This document shows, one piece after another, positions 57,389 through 64,000 of a stretch of 64,000 nucleotides of DNA. The first letter of the stretch is position 1; each line of letters opens with the position of its first letter. A program made the position numbers and the translations under genes. The DNA is from Eledone cirrhosa (Eukaryota): the NCBI GenBank assembly GCA_964016885.1, contig OZ024740.1, forward strand, positions 416,020,001-416,084,000. Direction: 5' to 3'. Below the pieces are notes generated by a model that made no database searches, was not told where the DNA came from, and was given only the letters and a program-made list of their open reading frames with translations.

Positions 57389-60300
57389 TACTACTCAAAC
57401 CTTTAGAATTGCTAAATTTATTAACTATTCAACCCTATAGAATTGCTAAAATTATTTACTACTCAAACCTTTAGAATTGCTAAATTTTTTTACTACTCAA
57501 ACCTTTAGAATTGCTAAATTTATTACTACTCAAACCTTTAGAATTGCTAAATTTATTAACTACTCAAACCTTTAGAATTGCTAAATTTATTTACTACTCA
57601 AACCTTTAGAATTGCTAAATTTATTTACTACTCAAACCTTTTGAATTGCTAAATTTATTCACTACTCAAACCTTTAGAATTGCTAAATTTATTTACTACT
57701 CAAACCTTTAGAATTACTAAATTTATTAACTACTCAAACCTTTAGAATTGCTCAAATTATTTACTACTCAAACCTTTAGAATTGCTAAATTTATTTACTA
57801 TTGAAACCTTTAGAATTGCTAAATTTATTTACTACTCAAACCTTTAGAATTGCTAAATGTATTTACTACTCACACTTTTAGAATTGCTAAATTTATTTAC
57901 TACTCAAACCTTTAGAATTGCTAAATTTATTTACTATTCAATCCTTTAGAATTGCTAAATTTGTTTACTACTCAAACCTTTAGAATTGCTAAATTTATTC
58001 ACTACTCAAACCTTTTGAATTGCTAAATTTATTTACTACTCAAACCTTTAGAATTGCTAAATTTATTTACTATTCAAACCTTTAGAATTGCTAAATTTAT
58101 TTACTAGTCACACCTTTAGAATTGCTAAATTTATTTACTACTCAAACCTTTAGAATTGCTAAGTTTATTAACTACTCAAACCTTTAGAATTGCTAAATTT
58201 ATTTCATACTCAAACCTTTAGATTTGGTAAATTTATTCACTACTCAAACCTTTAGAATTGCTAAATTTATTTACTACTCAAACCTTTAGAATTGCTAAAT
58301 TTATTAACTACTCAAACCTTTAGAATTGCTAAATTTATTAACTACTCAAACCTTTAGAATTGCTAAATTTATTCACTACTCAAACCTTTAGAATTGCTAA
58401 ATTTATTTACTACTCAAACCTTTAGAATTGCTAAGTTTATTAACTACTCAAACCTTTAGAATTGCTAAATTTATTTCATACTCAAACCTTTAGATTTGGT
58501 AAATTTATTCACTACTCAAACCTTTAGAATTGCTAAATTTATTTACTACTCAAACCTTTAGAATTGCTAAATTTATTAACTACTCAAACCTTTAGAATTG
58601 CTAAATTTATTAACTACTCAAACCTTTAGAATTGCTAAATTTATTCACTACTCAAACCTTTAGAATTGCTAAATTTATTCACTACTCAAACCTTTAGAAT
58701 TGCTAAATTTATTTACTACTCAAACCTTTAGAATTGATAAATTTATTTACTACTCAAACCTTTAGAATTGCTAAATTTATTAACTATTCAAGCCTATAGA
58801 ATTGCTAAAATTATTTACTACTCAAACCTTTAGAATTGCTAAATTTATTTACTACTCAAACCTTTAGAATTGATAAATTTATTTACTACTCAAACCTTTA
58901 GAATTGCTAAATTTATTTACAATTCAATCCTTTAGAATTGCTAAATTTATTTACTACTCAACCCTTTAGAATTGCTAAATTTATTTACTAATCAAACCTT
59001 TAGAATTGATGAATTTATTTACTACTCAAACCTTTAGAATTGCTAAATTTATTTACTACTCAAACCTTTAGTATTGCTAAATTTATTACTACTCAAACCT
59101 TTAGAATTGCTAAATTTATTAATTACTCAAACCTTTAGAATTGCTAAATTTATTTACAATTCAATCCTTTAGAATTGCTAAATTTATTTACTACTCAACC
59201 CTTTAGAATTGCTAAATTTATTTACTAATCAAACCTTTAGAATTGATGAATTTATTTACTACTCAAACCTTTAGAATTGCTAAATTTATTTACTACTCAA
59301 ACCTTTAGAATTGATGAATTTATTTACTACTCAAACCTTTAGAATTGCTAAATTTATTTACTACTCAAACCTTTAGTATTGCTAAATTTATTTACTACTC
59401 AAACCTTTAGAATTGATAAATTTATTTACTACTCAAACCTTTAGAATTGCTATATTTATTTACAATTCAATCCTTTAGAATTGCTAAATTTATTTACTAC
59501 TCAACCCTTTAGAATTGCTAAATTTATTTACTAATCAAACCTTTAGAATTGATGAATTTATTTACTACTCAAACCTTTAGAATTGCTAAATTTATTTACT
59601 ACTCAAACCTTTAGTATTGCTAAATTTATTACTACTCAAACCTTTAGAATTGCTAAATTTATTAATTACTCAAACCTTTAGAATTGCTAAATTTATTTAT
59701 AACTCAAACCTTTAGAATTGCTAAATTTATTCACTACTCAAACCTTTAGAATTGCTAAATTTATTTACTACTCAAACCTTTAGAATTACTAAATTTATTA
59801 ACTACTCAAACCTTTAGAATTGCTCAAATTATTTACTACTCAAACCTTTAGAATTGCTAAATTTATTTACTATTGAAACCTTTAGAATTGCTAAATTTAT
59901 TTACTACTCAAACCTTTAGAATTGCTAAATGTATTTACTACTCACACTTTTAGAATTGCTAAATTTATTTACTACTCAAACCTTTAGAATTGCTAAATTT
60001 ATTTACTACTCAAACCTTTAGAATTGCTAAATTTATTAACTATTCAACCCTATAGAATTGCTAAAATTATTTACTACTCAAACCTTTAGAATTGCTAAAT
60101 TTTTTTACTACTCAAACCTTTAGAATTGCTAAATTTATTACTACTCAAACCTTTAGAATTGCTAAATTTATTAACTACTCAAACCTTTAGAATTGCTAAA
60201 TTTATTTACTACTCAAACCTTTAGAATTGCTAAATTTATTTACTACTCAAACCTTTTGAATTGCTAAATTTATTCACTACTCAAACCTTTAGAATTGCTA

Positions 60301-61605
60301 AATTTATTTACTACTCAAACCTTTAGAATTACTAAATTTATTAACTACTCAAACCTTTAGAATTGCTCAAATTATTTACTACTCAAACCTTTAGAATTGC
60401 TAAATTTATTTACTATTGAAACCTTTAGAATTGCTAAATTTATTTACTACTCAAACCTTTAGAATTGCTAAATGTATTTACTACTCACACTTTTAGAATT
60501 GCTAAATTTATTTACTACTCAAACCTTTAGAATTGCTAAATTTATTTACTATTCAATCCTTTAGAATTGCTAAATTTGTTTACTACTCAAACCTTTAGAA
60601 TTGCTAAATTTATTCACTACTCAAACCTTTTGAATTGCTAAATTTATTTACTACTCAAACCTTTAGAATTGCTAAATTTATTTACTATTCAAACCTTTAG
60701 AATTGCTAAATTTATTTACTAGTCACACCTTTAGAATTGCTAAATTTATTTACTACTCAAACCTTTAGAATTGCTAAGTTTATTAACTACTCAAACCTTT
60801 AGAATTGCTAAATTTATTTCATACTCAAACCTTTAGATTTGGTAAATTTATTCACTACTCAAACCTTTAGAATTGCTAAATTTATTTACTACTCAAACCT
60901 TTAGAATTGCTAAATTTATTAACTACTCAAACCTTTAGAATTGCTAAATTTATTAACTACTCAAACCTTTAGAATTGCTAAATTTATTCACTACTCAAAC
61001 CTTTAGAATTGCTAAATTTATTTACTACTCAAACCTTTAGAATTGCTAAGTTTATTAACTACTCAAACCTTTAGAATTGCTAAATTTATTTCATACTCAA
61101 ACCTTTAGATTTGGTAAATTTATTCACTACTCAAACCTTTAGAATTGCTAAATTTATTTACTACTCAAACCTTTAGAATTGCTAAATTTATTAACTACTC
61201 AAACCTTTAGAATTGCTAAATTTATTAACTACTCAAACCTTTAGAATTGCTAAATTTATTCACTACTCAAACCTTTAGAATTGCTAAATTTATTCACTAC
61301 TCAAACCTTTAGAATTGCTAAATTTATTTACTACTCAAACCTTTAGAATTGATAAATTTATTTACTACTCAAACCTTTAGAATTGCTAAATTTATTAACT
61401 ATTCAAGCCTATAGAATTGCTAAAATTATTTACTACTCAAACCTTTAGAATTGCTAAATTTATTTACTACTCAAACCTTTAGAATTGATAAATTTATTTA
61501 CTACTCAAACCTTTAGAATTGCTAAATTTATTTACAATTCAATCCTTTAGAATTGCTAAATTTATTTACTACTCAACCCTTTAGAATTGCTAAATTTATT
61601 TACTA
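57300..61605 (+). repeat. Two ~1.7-kb copies at offset 2615 bp, each containing a 272-bp (8-monomer) duplication
   Basis: AACCCTATAG at 57431 and 60046, the G of TTGTTT at 57963 and 60578, and AGCCTATAG at 58791 and 61406. Internal AAGTTT pairs at 58161/58433 and 60776/61048. Confidence 0.88.
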
Positions 61606-61699
61606 CTCAAACCTTTAGAATTGCTAAATTTATTTACTATTCAATCCTTTAGAATTGCTAAATTTATTTACTACTCAAACCTTTAGAATTGCTAAATTT

Positions 61700-62880
61700 A
61701 TTTACTACTCAAACCTTTAGAATTGCTAAATTTATTTACTACTCAAACCTTTAGAATTGCTAAATTTATTTACTACTCAAACCTTTAGAATTGCTAAATT
61801 TATTTACTAATCAAACCTTTAGAATTGATGAATTTATTTACTACTCAAACCTTTAGAATTGCTAAATTTATTTACTACTCAAACCTTTAGTATTGCTAAA
61901 TTTATTACTACTCAAACCTTTAGAATTGCTAAATTTATTAACTACTCAAACCTTTAGAATTGCTAAATTTATTTACTACTCAAATCTTTAGAATTGCTAA
62001 ATTTATTTACTACTCAAACCTTTAGAATTGGTAAATTTATTCACTACTCAAACCTTTAGAATTGCTTAATTTATTTACTACTCAAACCTTTAGAATTGCT
62101 AAATTTTTTAACTACTCAAACCTTTAGAATTGCTCAAATTATTTACTACTCAAACCTTTAGAATTGCTAAATTTATTTACTATTCAAACCTTTAGAATTG
62201 CTAAATTTATTTACTATTCAAACCTTTAGAATTGCTAAATTTATTTACTAGTCACACCTTTAGAATTGCTAAATTTATTTACTACTCAAACCTTTAGAAT
62301 TGCTAAATTTATTTACTACTCAAACCTTTAGAATTGCTAAATTTATTTACTACTCAAACCTTTAGAATTGCTAAATTTATTTACTAATCAAACCTTTAGA
62401 ATTGATGAATTTATTTACTACTCAAACCTTTAGAATTGCTAAATTTATTTACTACTCAAACCTTTAGTATTGCTAAATTTATTACTACTCAAACCTTTAG
62501 AATTGCTAAATTTATTAACTACTCAAACCTTTAGAATTGCTAAATTTATTTACTACTCAAATCTTTAGAATTGCTAAATTTATTTACTACTCAAACCTTT
62601 AGAATTGGTAAATTTATTCACTACTCAAACCTTTAGAATTGCTAAATTTATTTTCTACTCAAACCTTTAGAATTGCTAAATTTTTTAACTACTCAAACCT
62701 TTAGAATTGCTCAAATTATTTACTACTCAAACCTTTAGAATTGCTAAATTTATTTACTATTCAAACCTTTAGAATTGCTAAATTTATTTACTATTCAAAC
62801 CTTTAGAATTGCTAAATTTATTTACTAGTCACACCTTTAGAATTGCTAAATTTATTTACTACTCAAACCTTTAGAATTGC
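61700..62880 (+). repeat. 577-bp (17-monomer) tandem duplication
   Basis: TAATCAAAC at 61808 and 62385, TATTGCT (TTTAGTATTG variant) at 61891 and 62468, and GTAAA (TTGGTAAA variant) at 62031 and 62608. Confidence 0.82.
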
Positions 62881-64000
62881 TAAGTTTATTAACTACTCAA
62901 ACCTTTAGAATTGCTAAATTTATTTCATACTCAAACCTTTAGATTTGGTAAATTTATTCACTACTCAAACCTTTAGAATTGCTAAATTTATTTACTACTC
63001 AAACCTTTAGAATTGCTAAATTTATTAACTACTCAAACCTTTAGAATTGCTAAATTTATTAACTACTCAAACCTTTAGAATTGCCAAATTTATTCACTAC
63101 TCAAACCTTTAGAATTGCTAAATTTATTTACTACTCAAACCTTTAGAATTGCTAAGTTTATTAACTACTCAAACCTTTAGAATTGCTAAATTTATTTCAT
63201 ACTCAAACCTTTAGATTTGGTAAATTTATTCACTACTCAAACCTTTAGAATTGCTAAATTTATTTACTACTCAAACCTTTAGAATTGCTAAATTTATTCA
63301 CTACTCAAACCTTTAGAATTGCTAAATTTATTCACTACTCAAACCTTTAGAATTGCTAAATTTATTTACTACTCAAACCTTTAGAATTGATGAATTTATT
63401 TACTACTCAAACCTTTAGAATTGCTAAATTTATTTACAATTCAATCCTTTAGAATTGCTAAATTTATTTACTACTCAACCCTTTAGAATTGCTAAATTTA
63501 TTTACTACTCAAACCTTTAGAATTGCTAAATTTATTTACTATTCAATCCTTTAGAATTGCTAAATTTATTTACTACTCAAACCTTTAGAATTGCTAAATT
63601 TATTTACTACTCAAACCTTTAGAATTGCTAAATTTATTTACTACTCAAACCTTTAGAATTGCTAAATTTATTTACTACTCAAACCTTTAGAATTGCTAAA
63701 TTTATTTACTATTCAATACTTTAGAATTGCTAAATTTATTTACTACTCAAACCTTTAGAATTGCTAAATTTATTTACTACTCAAACGTTTAGAATTGCTA
63801 AATTTATTTACTACTCAAACCTTTAGAATTGCTAAATTTATTTACTAATCAAACCTTTAGAATTGATGAATTTATTTACTACTCAAACCTTTAGAATTGC
63901 TAAATTTATTTACTACTCAAACGTTTAGTATTGCTAAATTTATTACTACTCAAACCTTTAGAATTGCTAAATTTATTTACTACTCAAATCTTTAGAATTG

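Larger units (their letters stand above)
1..64000 (+). repeat. 34-bp AT-rich satellite tandem array (~1,880 head-to-tail monomers), consensus TAAATTTATTTACTACTCAAACCTTTAGAATTGC
   Basis: Positions 1-34 read TAAATTTATTTACTACTCAAACCTTTAGAATTGC, and the unit recurs without spacers to position 64000. Most copies differ from consensus by 0-3 substitutions, with occasional 32-, 33- or 35-bp copies. No inverted or non-repeat segment was seen. Confidence 0.99.

Noticed and set aside
1-64000. CRISPR array: the 34-bp unit is CRISPR-repeat sized and partly palindromic, and the minus strand can be phased to start with GTTT (GTTTGAGTAGTAAATAAATTTAGCAATTCTAAAG)
   Set aside because: Units are directly head-to-tail with no unique spacers, and there is no leader or cas gene in the window.
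1-64000. Repeat-protein CDS on the plus strand (the consensus trimer reads *IYLLLKPLELLNLFTTQTFRIAKFIYYSNL*NC)
   Set aside because: 34 is not a multiple of 3, so every frame meets TAA/TAG about every 102 nt. The consensus has no ATG, and 32-, 33- and 35-bp monomers shift the frame freely.
1-64000. Plus-strand ORF under a TAA/TAG-reassigned (ciliate-type) code, since the consensus lacks TGA
   Set aside because: Frequent TTTTGAA, TTGATGAA, TTGATA and TTGAAAC variants introduce TGA, indels do not preserve frame, and nothing indicates codon-level constraint.
1-64000. Minus-strand CDS
   Set aside because: The reverse monomer contains TAA, TGA and TAG, and the 34-bp period cycles them through all frames.
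1-64000. Telomerase-synthesised telomeric repeat (C-over-G strand skew, TTTAG motif)
   Set aside because: There is no canonical G-run motif. Variants are inherited in kb-scale duplicated blocks, which fits recombinational amplification rather than templated addition. A subtelomeric location is not excluded.
1-64000. Rolling-circle or sequencing concatemer artefact of one short template
   Set aside because: Variants recur in ordered, nested blocks at many different offsets and are regionally restricted, unlike random error on a single template. Individual near-perfect duplications still need read validation.
1-64000. Information-carrying code in the order of variant monomers
   Set aside because: The order is adequately explained by nested duplication and deletion, and nothing in the sequence points to a readout mechanism.

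Overview
The whole 64,000-nt window is one uninterrupted, single-orientation tandem array of an AT-rich 34-bp monomer, consensus TAAATTTATTTACTACTCAAACCTTTAGAATTGC (12 A, 14 T, 6 C, 2 G; about 24% GC). That is roughly 1,880 copies, and both window ends fall inside the array. I see no genes, RNA genes, mobile elements, CRISPR spacers or unique sequence. It looks like eukaryotic-type satellite DNA, but I cannot identify the organism or the family. The informative signal is in the monomer variants. Rare variants mark nested tandem duplications of about 0.1-3.3 kb, two long-range copies at offsets of about 19.9 and 27.4 kb that imply a ~7.7-kb higher-order unit, and three regional variant domains. 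One monomer lineage carries a 10-nt A(n)T(10-n) tract whose A/T boundary moves while its length stays fixed. Offsets were counted by hand from marker positions, and block boundaries are approximate (about one monomer). I found no support for a novel protein- or RNA-coding system.
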